A stretch of 64,000 nucleotides of DNA, taken from the NCBI GenBank assembly GCA_050633245.1, contig JBOEGD010000010.1:1-64000 (forward strand), given 5' to 3'. The number at the start of each line of letters is the position of its first letter. Positions within the stretch are counted from its first letter, which is position 1. This document shows, piece after piece, positions 18,277 to 27,180 of this stretch. This DNA comes from Calditrichia bacterium (GTDB lineage Bacteria > Calditrichota > Calditrichia > RBG-13-44-9 > J075). The notes under the pieces are model-generated. The model made no database searches. It was not told the DNA's origin and saw only the letters and a program-made list of their open reading frames with translations. The translations under genes were made by a program, and so were the position numbers.

Positions 18277-20457
18277 ATGAACGTTGAAAAGCAGATAAGA
18301 GACTTGCTTAATCAGATGACGCTTGATGAAAAGATAGGACAGCTTCATCTAATTAATGGGGCAGGTGGACATATTCCAGACCATCTTCGACATACCATCG
18401 CCGAAGCTCGCATTGGTGGGATTTTAAATGAAGTGAATGTAGAAACCGTAAATGAACTTCAGCGTATAGCGGTGGAGGACAGCAGGCTTGGAATTCCGCT
18501 AATTATTGGCAGAGATGTTATTCATGGCTTTAAAACCATTTTTCCAATACCGCTTGGGCAGGCAGCAAGCTGGAATCCCGCAATTATAAAAAAAGGCGCT
18601 CGCATTGCTGCTGTTGAAGCAGCCGCATCCGGTGTAAACTGGACGTATGCCCCAATGATGGATATCGGTCGCGATCCACGCTGGGGACGTGTAGCTGAAA
18701 CCCTTGGCGAAGACCCATATCTTACCAGCGTCCTGTCTACGGCCATGGTGCACGGCTTTCAGGGTGAAGATTTGAAAAACCACGATAGCATCGCAGCCTG
18801 CGCAAAGCATTTTGCCGGGTATGGTGCCAGTGAAAGCGGGCGGGACTACAATACGACGAATGTTCCGGAAAACGAACTGCGTAACGTTCATTTACCCCCT
18901 TTCAAGGCAGCTGTTAATGCCGGAGTTGCGACGTTTATGACGTCATTCAGTGATATCGACGGTGTTCCGGCATCGGCGAATGAACTGCTTTTGAAGCAGA
19001 TATTGCGTAAGGAATGGCAGTTTGATGGCTTCGTCGTCAGCGATTGGGCGTCTGTACGCGAACTCATTGTCCATGGTCTTACAGCAAATGACAAGGAATC
19101 CGCCTTTGAGGCTATCAGCGCTGGTGTGGATATGGAAATGGCCAGCGACACCTATGTGCGCAGTCTGAAAGAGCTTCTTGATGAAGGTGCTGTAACCATC
19201 GCTCAAATAGACAATATGGTAGAAAACATTTTGCGCATAAAAGCCCGTCTGGGGCTTTTTGAAAACCCCTATACAGATCCGGCTGCATTTCCAACCATTG
19301 CAAATTCCTTCCATCTGGAAGCAGCCAAACAGGCGGCAGTTGAAAGCGCCGTACTGTTGAAAAACAATAATCACCTGCTACCGCTGTCGCAAGACCTGAA
19401 CTCACTGGCCGTCATTGGTCCGATGGCTGATGAACCTTACGAGCAGTTGGGTACCTGGATATTCGACGGAGATCCCGGTCTTAGTCAAACACCGCTCCGG
19501 TCGCTTCGCGACACTTTGGGCCAGTCGATGGAAATCGGCTATGCCCGTGGCTGCAAGTCCACCAGAAGCCGCGGAAAGGAAGACTTTCCCGAGGCACTTG
19601 AGCTTGCCAGAAAGTCTGATGCCGTGCTGCTTATACTTGGCGAGGAATCGATATTATCCGGTGAAGCTCACAGTCGCGCAGATGTTCGCCTGCCCGGTAA
19701 TCAGGAAGAACTTATCGCTGAGATTGCCGCAACGGGTAAGCCGGTTATTCTGGTAATTATCGCAGGTCGTGCATTGGCACTACAAAATATTGTCGATCAT
19801 GTTGATGCCCTGCTGATAGCCTGGCATCCCGGTACAATGACCGGCCCGGCTCTGACGGATCTGTTAACCGGCAAAGTCTCTCCTTCCGGTAAGCTTCCGG
19901 TTACTCTTCCGAAGCTGACCGGACAAGTTCCGATTTATTATGCCCATAAGAAAACCGGCCGACCGGCATCACCAGAGACCTTTATGCATATCGACGACAT
20001 CGATCAGGGCGCACCGCAACTATCGATTGGCAACACATCATTTCACCTGGACGCTGGCTACACACCGCTCTTCCCATTCGGCTATGGACTCTCATACAGC
20101 AAGTTTCACTATGAGAATATTCATCTAAGCGCACACGAATTAACCGTTGGAGAAAGCCTTACCGTCACTGCCCAAATTACTAATATCGGAGGCGTTCCTG
20201 CCGATGAAGTTGTTCAGCTTTACATCAGAGATCTGGTTGGCAACGTAACGCGTCCGGTAAAAGAGTTAAAGGGCTTTCAAAAAATCCATCTGCATTCTCA
20301 GGAATGCGTGACCGTAGAGTTTCAGCTGACCAACGAAGATCTCTCTTTCTACAATCGTAACATGAAACAGGTTACCGAGCCGGGTGAGTTTCACGTCTGG
20401 ATCGGTGGTGACTCCGATACCCAACTAAGAGCCGAGTTTAGGCTTGTAAGCCCTTGA
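18277..20457 (+). CDS. bglX: GH3 beta-glucosidase with Fn3 domain, no signal peptide
   Basis: MTLDEKIGQL, DVIHG, RDPRWGR, AKHF, VVSDW, SGEA, PFGYGLSY, RPVKELKGF; ATG 18277 with GAGAGG RBS. Confidence 0.93.
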   Translation: MNVEKQIRDLLNQMTLDEKIGQLHLINGAGGHIPDHLRHTIAEARIGGILNEVNVETVNELQRIAVEDSRLGIPLIIGRDVIHGFKTIFPIPLGQAASWNPAIIKKGARIAAVEAAASGVNWTYAPMMDIGRDPRWGRVAETLGEDPYLTSVLSTAMVHGFQGEDLKNHDSIAACAKHFAGYGASESGRDYNTTNVPENELRNVHLPPFKAAVNAGVATFMTSFSDIDGVPASANELLLKQILRKEWQFDGFVVSDWASVRELIVHGLTANDKESAFEAISAGVDMEMASDTYVRSLKELLDEGAVTIAQIDNMVENILRIKARLGLFENPYTDPAAFPTIANSFHLEAAKQAAVESAVLLKNNNHLLPLSQDLNSLAVIGPMADEPYEQLGTWIFDGDPGLSQTPLRSLRDTLGQSMEIGYARGCKSTRSRGKEDFPEALELARKSDAVLLILGEESILSGEAHSRADVRLPGNQEELIAEIAATGKPVILVIIAGRALALQNIVDHVDALLIAWHPGTMTGPALTDLLTGKVSPSGKLPVTLPKLTGQVPIYYAHKKTGRPASPETFMHIDDIDQGAPQLSIGNTSFHLDAGYTPLFPFGYGLSYSKFHYENIHLSAHELTVGESLTVTAQITNIGGVPADEVVQLYIRDLVGNVTRPVKELKGFQKIHLHSQECVTVEFQLTNEDLSFYNRNMKQVTEPGEFHVWIGGDSDTQLRAEFRLVSP

Positions 20458-20492
20458 GAAGAAGCACCACATCTTTTGATCTGATAAAAGCG

Positions 20493-20536
20493 AAAGCCCG
20501 GAGAGAATATCATTCAGGATATCTCTCCGGGCTTTT
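20493..20536. terminator. Bidirectional terminator between convergent units
   Basis: AAAGCCCGGAGAGA...TCTCTCCGGGCTTTT. Confidence 0.75.
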
Positions 20537-20688
20537 GCCTAAGTCTTTTATGTATTTTAAAACTATCTACTGCAGGGGTGCAATTCCATCATCGTTAATA
20601 CATCGCTGAAGAAGAGCAGATTTCCCTGCAGCTAGACACCCTACAGAGCTGCTATCGTTCTGGAAGCAGCTCTGTATAGCAAAAAATA

Positions 20689-22023
20689 CTACTTGATGAG
20701 CATCATCTTTTTCGTTGAAACATAGTCACCAGCAGTTATCGCATATACGTAGATACCTGACGGTAAATCGGTTGCATCAAAATCTACTACATAAGATCCC
20801 TGATTCAGGAAGCCATTCACCAATGTGGCAACTTCTTGTCCAAGCATATTATATACTTTCAGCGCTACCTGATCTGACTGCGGCAGGTTGAAGCGGATGT
20901 TGGTCGTCGGGTTGAACGGGTTCGGATAATTCTGCTCCAGAGCGTAGTCTGAAGGAACAGCGGTATCCAGTTGCTCAATACCGGTCGGTGTTGTAGAAAA
21001 GTAGATATTGTCCAGATAAATATCGCCATCACCATCAAATTTAAACTGAAAAACATCAGCAAGATCAACCGGAGCAAATACAGACAACGGAATATCTACA
21101 CTCACCCAGCTACCTGTTGGGCCAGGAGGCACCAATAAATATTCTATTTCTACCGGTCCCGGGCTGATAAGAAAAACGCCCAGATCTGTAGAATTATCGG
21201 TCCAGAAATCAAGATGCAGATAGGACATTGCAGACACATCCTGATTGCTTCCCAGCTGGATTCCCTGGTAATTCAATCCGGTGTAAAGCAGCGTGTTATT
21301 TCCACCAATGAGTTCTTCGGTAACAATCGTTGCCTGTCCCCAATTCGGATTCAGATCGGTTCCTGCTATATTGGTATAAGCATCGCTGAACACTGAAATC
21401 ACATCGCTCGCGGGAATAGTCGGAGTTGGTGCAGGATCAGAAGGTCCGGAGCCGGTTGTTTGGCCGGAAAATGTAACATTGTCAAAATAACATACATTAT
21501 CACTGGTTCTTGCATTGAAGTCCATGAAAATGATTATTTGATCCTGATCAATAGTTATCGGCTCTCCGATTCTACCCGTAAAATCAAACGTCAACTCTTC
21601 CCACTGATTAACCACAGTGTTCGCAACTTTAATCTCCGGCAAGGCACCGCCATCCGGTCGTGCAAACTTAACTCCAACATCGCTTATTACCGGTTTCCAC
21701 ACCAACACTTTAACAACACTGTTTGTTGCATCCAGTGTAAATGTTCCGATGTCTGAGCCATGCATTGATTCAACACCTGCAAATGGTTGGCCCGTTTGCA
21801 ATGCTGTAAATTTAGCTACAGTTGCAGAAGTATTCGCTCCTGTCATATCAGGATTTGCAATAACTTCTAATGCAGGATTGGTATCGTTTTCAAATACCGT
21901 CCATGTCCAGTTTGCGCCATTACCGCCCGATTCAAAATCGATCGGCGCGACCTGGGCAAATGCACTGCTTGAAAAGAAAGCAATACTTAAAACCGCCATA
22001 AAAAAATGCGTGCACTTTTTCAT
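20689..22023 (-). CDS. Secreted carbohydrate-binding-type protein with T9SS type A/FlgD-like C-terminal sorting domain
   Basis: ATG 22023 with AAGGAG; signal peptide (SSSAFA-Q); two beta-sandwich modules, one with APTPT...VISVFSDAY; C-terminus QNYPNPFNPTT...KVYNMLGQEV...SGIYVY...TKKMMLIK. Confidence 0.8.
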   Translation of the reverse strand: MKKCTHFFMAVLSIAFFSSSAFAQVAPIDFESGGNGANWTWTVFENDTNPALEVIANPDMTGANTSATVAKFTALQTGQPFAGVESMHGSDIGTFTLDATNSVVKVLVWKPVISDVGVKFARPDGGALPEIKVANTVVNQWEELTFDFTGRIGEPITIDQDQIIIFMDFNARTSDNVCYFDNVTFSGQTTGSGPSDPAPTPTIPASDVISVFSDAYTNIAGTDLNPNWGQATIVTEELIGGNNTLLYTGLNYQGIQLGSNQDVSAMSYLHLDFWTDNSTDLGVFLISPGPVEIEYLLVPPGPTGSWVSVDIPLSVFAPVDLADVFQFKFDGDGDIYLDNIYFSTTPTGIEQLDTAVPSDYALEQNYPNPFNPTTNIRFNLPQSDQVALKVYNMLGQEVATLVNGFLNQGSYVVDFDATDLPSGIYVYAITAGDYVSTKKMMLIK

Positions 22024-22128
22024 TCTGTACTCCTTAAGGTTTAGTTGGGAAATAGTATTTATTACTATCTCTTTTATATTGTTACCTACTGCCAGTCGAT
22101 TGACAGCAGGCTTGAAAATCACCAGCTA

Positions 22129-25100
22129 TTAGCGATTGGATATGTTAAGTCCATAACCGTATGGGAACATGGCCGTTGCTTCGCTACTGCTTTTCTCGGC
22201 ATTGGCAGGCCATGAGAAAGACAACCGACCATGAAAATCGTAATCGCCAAACAGAACATCTGCTACGCCCTGTCCTTCAGAGCCAGGTAGCCAGGCAGCA
22301 ATAAATGCCGACGACTCATCGAGTTCGGGTTGGATTAGAAGCGGTCGCCCGGAGATCAAAATGGCTACTACAGGAATACCTTTCGCAGTAATTCGTCTGA
22401 TTGTGGCAATATCTTCCGGATGAAGCTTTGCGAGTTCCAGACTGTTGCCATAAGGCTGTAGGTCTGCAGTCGTGAGGCCGGTACGGCGCTGAGAACCCGG
22501 TGCTACCAATCCTCCCTCAGTCCTTATATCGCCCATTCCCTCGGCATAGGGCGTTTCTCCGATTACTACAATCGCAACGTCAAAATTACCGGTGTCAGCT
22601 GCTGATCCGTCAACACTTAATATGGCATCCGATGCAACATCCTGAATGCCTTCCCATATTGACGTTCCACCTTCAATTGCACTATTTCCGGAAGTTCCCT
22701 GCCAGGCGATAGTAAAACCGCCACACTGATGTCCACGATTGTCTGCATTTTTGCCGGACACCAGAATTTTGGCGTTTTTCTTTACCGGGAGTAGATCAGG
22801 ACTGTCTTTTAACAGAACAAGTGATTTGCGCACCGCCTCACGAGCTACGTCCCGGTGTTCTTTCGAACCATAACTTTCATGGTTAGACAAGGGTCTTTCA
22901 CTTGGACGTGGCCTGTCAAAAAGGCCATATGCCATTTTTACGCTTAGAATGCGTCTCACAGCATCGTTAATTCTTTCCATCGGAATATCGCCCTGCTCGG
23001 CACCTTCTTTCAGATGTTGACGACACTGCTTCCATTTTTCCGAGACCATAAACATATCGATACCGGCATTTGCAGCCTCTGTAATTGCTGTTTTATAGTC
23101 ATCCGACAGTTGATCAGCACCGTCCCAATCCGAAACAATGAATCCCTGAAAGCCAAGTTTGTGCTTCAGAAGTTCCGTTAGCAGGTAGCGATTACCGTGA
23201 CACTTCTTGCCATTCCAACTGCTTAGCGAGGCCATTAAGGTTAATACACCTTCCGAGAGCGCCGGCAGATAGGCATTCACATGCATATCACGCAACTGTA
23301 TTTCAGTCATATCAACGTCGCCCTGATCGATACCGTCTGTTGTTCCGCCATCACCGACCCAGTGCTTCACGCAGGCAATCACGCTATCTGCTCCGAGATC
23401 TCCCTGCATACTTTTCACAAAGCGGCCCGCATAAGAGGCAACGTGGCCGGTATCTTCGGAGTAACTTTCATAGGTTCGTCCCCAGCGATTATCTCGTGAA
23501 ACCGCCAAGGTGGGAGCGAATGTCCACTCCACACCGGTAGCGAGCACCTCAAGGGCAGTAATCCTGGCAATTCTGGCAATGAGGTCCGGGTCATGTGTTG
23601 CACCGAGACCGATATTGTGCGGGAATACGGTTGCCCCACGGACATTGTTATTCCCATGAATGGCATCAATTCCGTAGAGGATTGGAATTGCCAGATGATC
23701 GGCATCCTGCTCCATAGAAGCAGCCCAATATGCGTCGTTCATTTGTACCCAGGCCGCCGGAGTATTATCTCCCGGAAAAGAGCCGCCACCGCTTAATACA
23801 GAGCCAATATGAAATGCCTTTACTTCTTCCGGTGAAATAGCCTGTCTTTCAGGTTGAAGCATCTGTCCGATTTTTTGATCGAGCGTCATCTTGGCCAACA
23901 GCGATTCTACAGACTCTTTAACCGCTGGTGTAATTTCCGGGGCTACAACTTTTATTTCATCATCCATAGCAGCAAGGCTCCCTCGTCGGCTTTCAAGTTC
24001 CATGCGCACTTCATGCGCTTTCTCTTCGGTAATAGAATAGGATGCTACCGCCCAGATGGCGATAAGAGAGGCAATAATCGGGATTACCACATCACATAAA
24101 CGCATTAGAAAAATAGTCTGTTCGGTTTGCGCTCCTCCAAGTGCTACGTCAAAACCGGTTGCATTCAGCAGAAAACCGCCACCGGCAAGGGCAGCCGCCA
24201 TGCCGAGTTTCACAACCCACCAGAAGATAGAGCCATACATTCCTTCGCGCCGCTCAAAGGTGGATACTTCATCCAGGTCTACAACGTCTGCAACCATTGA
24301 AGGCATCAAAGTGAACAGCCCGCCAAGCCCAAAGGCAAGAAATGGTGCCGGCAAGAGTAACAGTAATGGCATGTCGGGATTGTAGCAAATCCACTTTAAC
24401 GCATAGCCTAAAATAGAAACACCGGTTGCAACAAAAAACGCACGGCGTTTGCCAATCTTTGTCCCCAACCAGGTGATAAAAACAACTACTATGAAAGTTG
24501 CAACGGCTCCCAGAGTTCCGGCATAGCCGGCGTATTCTGCGCCCAGTGTCTGATCTCCACCGAAGACGTAATAAATGATTACATAAAACTGGAATGAGGA
24601 GATGAGCATAAAGCCGTTAAACACCATAAAGGTAGCGACTCCCAGTTTTTGAAAGTCCTTGGACTTAAGGCAGATTCCGAATCCTTTGAAGAAGGCCGTC
24701 ATGTTTTCGACAAATCCCTTAGAGGTCTTCTCGGCTTCTGCTTCTCCTCCTGCCGGAGCTTCAAGAGCAACAGTGTTATCTACAAAACGTTCTTTCAGAA
24801 AGAGGGCTGGTAAAACCCCTATTGCGATGGTTACAACCGCAATAATTATTGCTAGTCCTGCCGCTCCGGAAACCTGATCTTCAAAAAAACCATCGTAAGT
24901 CATAATCCACAAAAACCATGGAGATGCGACATAGGCGAGTTGACCGATAAAATTTTGCACACCCATCAGGCGGGTGCGCTCATGGTAGTCCGGCGTCAGT
25001 TCGTAACCCAGTGCAACCCATGGGGTGGCAAAAGCTGTATAGGCAAGATAGAAGATGATTGAGCCAATTAGAAAAAAGATAAAGTAAAAGGTCTCACTAT

Positions 25101-25434
25101 AGCCTGTTGGAAGCTGCCAGAGAAGGGCAAAGATAAGCCCTGATGCGATGGCGCCTATAAAGATGTAGGGGCGGCGTCTGCCCCAACGGGAACGAGTATT
25201 ATCTGATATATAGCCCATCAATGGATCGGTCAGCGCATCAGTTAACCTCGGTAAGGCTCCCAGTAATCCAACCAGTGCAGGATTCATCCCCAGACCAAGA
25301 TTCAGGACGATGACCATTCCACCCATAGCAGCTGCCAACAAATTATTTACGAAGGCCCCTAGCCCGTAAATTAACTTATGGCTCAGGGAAATTCGATCTT
25401 CTGGCGCGGTTTGATAGTGCTTAGCTTGGCTCAT
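22129..25434 (-). CDS. GPH/MelB-family MFS sugar transporter fused to a GH3 beta-glucosidase
   Basis: N-half: TDPLMGYISDNTRSRWGRRRPY, ELTPDYHERT, RREG, about 12 TM; C-half: MTLDQKIGQM, DAIHG, RWGRTYESY, VKHW, IVSDWDG, AWLPGSEG, PYGYGL; one continuous ORF. Confidence 0.88.
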   Translation of the reverse strand: MSQAKHYQTAPEDRISLSHKLIYGLGAFVNNLLAAAMGGMVIVLNLGLGMNPALVGLLGALPRLTDALTDPLMGYISDNTRSRWGRRRPYIFIGAIASGLIFALLWQLPTGYSETFYFIFFLIGSIIFYLAYTAFATPWVALGYELTPDYHERTRLMGVQNFIGQLAYVASPWFLWIMTYDGFFEDQVSGAAGLAIIIAVVTIAIGVLPALFLKERFVDNTVALEAPAGGEAEAEKTSKGFVENMTAFFKGFGICLKSKDFQKLGVATFMVFNGFMLISSFQFYVIIYYVFGGDQTLGAEYAGYAGTLGAVATFIVVVFITWLGTKIGKRRAFFVATGVSILGYALKWICYNPDMPLLLLLPAPFLAFGLGGLFTLMPSMVADVVDLDEVSTFERREGMYGSIFWWVVKLGMAAALAGGGFLLNATGFDVALGGAQTEQTIFLMRLCDVVIPIIASLIAIWAVASYSITEEKAHEVRMELESRRGSLAAMDDEIKVVAPEITPAVKESVESLLAKMTLDQKIGQMLQPERQAISPEEVKAFHIGSVLSGGGSFPGDNTPAAWVQMNDAYWAASMEQDADHLAIPILYGIDAIHGNNNVRGATVFPHNIGLGATHDPDLIARIARITALEVLATGVEWTFAPTLAVSRDNRWGRTYESYSEDTGHVASYAGRFVKSMQGDLGADSVIACVKHWVGDGGTTDGIDQGDVDMTEIQLRDMHVNAYLPALSEGVLTLMASLSSWNGKKCHGNRYLLTELLKHKLGFQGFIVSDWDGADQLSDDYKTAITEAANAGIDMFMVSEKWKQCRQHLKEGAEQGDIPMERINDAVRRILSVKMAYGLFDRPRPSERPLSNHESYGSKEHRDVAREAVRKSLVLLKDSPDLLPVKKNAKILVSGKNADNRGHQCGGFTIAWQGTSGNSAIEGGTSIWEGIQDVASDAILSVDGSAADTGNFDVAIVVIGETPYAEGMGDIRTEGGLVAPGSQRRTGLTTADLQPYGNSLELAKLHPEDIATIRRITAKGIPVVAILISGRPLLIQPELDESSAFIAAWLPGSEGQGVADVLFGDYDFHGRLSFSWPANAEKSSSEATAMFPYGYGLNISNR

Positions 25435-25711
25435 TTCATCGTACTCCTTTTCATGAGGCATTTACTACTAAAATGATTCTGAATACACTTTGGTATTTCT
25501 TTAAAAATGATATAGGAATCCCGTTGTCCACGAAAAATGGCAATGGCCTATCAGCCCGCAATTCTTTCGGGATTAAAAAGTTTGAAAACCACTAACCGGG
25601 AATAATAATGTTAGACGTTCAAACGCCCGTCTGTCATTAAGTGGGCAAATAATTAAAACAAATCAAAAAGTCGAGTATACTTACCGTTTTCCTGCGAAGT
25701 GAAAACGATTC

Positions 25712-27019
25712 TTATTTACTAGTTGAAGAAGTTGTTTGCTTAAAAAAGTTTGGCTCCGAGAAACGTGCTTCCAATGAGAGTGTTGCCGCACCAATTGCAA
25801 CGGCATGTGAACCAAGCTCTCCAAAACATATTTCTGTTGACGCAGTTGAGTTAATCAGGGTGCGTCCACGAATTATTTCACGAATCGGATCGAGTAATAG
25901 ATCTCCGAGAGACGTCATTACGCCACCAAGAACAACTTTTTGCGGATTCATTATGTTTATCCAACCTGCAATAGCGATACCCAGATATTCCGCAACCTCC
26001 TTAACAATTTGCAGAGCCAGCTTATCCCCTTTTATAGCCGCCTGCACAATAGTTGCATACGTTGGTTTATCAAACGTGAGAATGCTTCCGGGATAATCTA
26101 CCGAAAGTTCAACCGCTCGCTTTTCAATTGCCCTGCCCCCAACAAAGTTCACTAAACAACCTCTAAGTCCGCATACACACTGAATGCCATTAGGGTCAAT
26201 CGGTAAATGACCTATTTCGCCGGCCATGCCATTTGCACCGCGATAAATTTGACCTTCAAGGATATAACCGGCGCCAATACCATAGCCCAGTTTAATGTAA
26301 ATAAGATCATCGATCCCACTACCGGCTCCCCACATGTGTTCGGCGAGCCCACCCAGATTGGCATCATTGTCAATGTCAACAGCAACATCATAGCGTTGGC
26401 TAAGCAATTTAATTTCACTTCGCCCTCTCCAGGCAGGAATAACTACTTCAGAAAGCCACTCCGGATGCAGCGGGTCTACGGGGCTTGGAACCGCTACACC
26501 TATGCTCCAAAGACGCTCCCTGCCACTCCCCCACTCCTCAAGACATGCATCGCAGAGCTTAAACACTAATTCTCTGGTTCCTTCGGGGTCAGTGCGCACC
26601 GGATGCTTTTCTTCTTTCCACAAGAGAAGGCGCCCTCTAAGATCTGTAAGCGCAACAGCAACATGGGTTGCCCCAATATCTACCCCCAGAATACAACGGG
26701 CATCATCTTGAAACTCCAGAACAATCGGCCGCCGCCCTCCGCGTGAAAGTCCTGATCCTTCTTCAGCAATCAGATCCGTTAACAATAATTCGCGGACAAT
26801 TTCGGTAACCGTAGAACGTGACAATCCCATTCTGCGAGCTATTTCAGCACGGCTGATTTGATGCTCCCACCAGATTAACCGAAGAACAGAATCGGCCAGC
26901 GGTCTGGCTCGTTGCGTTCCGGGGCCTTCATTAGCCTTTACTCTGGCTTGTGACTTATCCGCTACTTTACCCTTGCTCATAAATATCGTTTCGTTCAGAT
27001 TCTTTTTTGAAGAGAACAT
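25712..27019 (-). CDS. ROK-family transcriptional repressor (XylR/NagC-like)
   Basis: ISRAEIARRMGLSRSTVTEIV wHTH, GGRRP, GVDIG, DNDAN, GEIGH, CVCGLRGC; start uncertain (27019 or 26980). Confidence 0.92.
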   Translation of the reverse strand: MFSSKKNLNETIFMSKGKVADKSQARVKANEGPGTQRARPLADSVLRLIWWEHQISRAEIARRMGLSRSTVTEIVRELLLTDLIAEEGSGLSRGGRRPIVLEFQDDARCILGVDIGATHVAVALTDLRGRLLLWKEEKHPVRTDPEGTRELVFKLCDACLEEWGSGRERLWSIGVAVPSPVDPLHPEWLSEVVIPAWRGRSEIKLLSQRYDVAVDIDNDANLGGLAEHMWGAGSGIDDLIYIKLGYGIGAGYILEGQIYRGANGMAGEIGHLPIDPNGIQCVCGLRGCLVNFVGGRAIEKRAVELSVDYPGSILTFDKPTYATIVQAAIKGDKLALQIVKEVAEYLGIAIAGWINIMNPQKVVLGGVMTSLGDLLLDPIREIIRGRTLINSTASTEICFGELGSHAVAIGAATLSLEARFSEPNFFKQTTSSTSK

Positions 27020-27086
27020 TATCCGCAAACCAAATAGAATATGTTATTAAGTGATACTCAACTTATGTTGCAATAACAAATTCTAC

Positions 27087-27130
27087 TACACCCGGCAAAC
27101 CTTCCCTACAGGAAAGTTTGCCGGGTTGTA
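27087..27130. terminator. Strong hairpin downstream of the lipoprotein gene
   Basis: TACACCCGGCAAAC...GTTTGCCGGGTTGTA. Confidence 0.6.
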
Positions 27131-27180
27131 AAAACTATTAAACTCAACATACTTATAGATTAACGTTATTCCCTAATCAT

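Noticed and set aside
27061-27082. Possible third ROK operator (TGTT...AACA)
   Set aside because: Arm spacing is 5 nt rather than 9 and the arms are degenerate.
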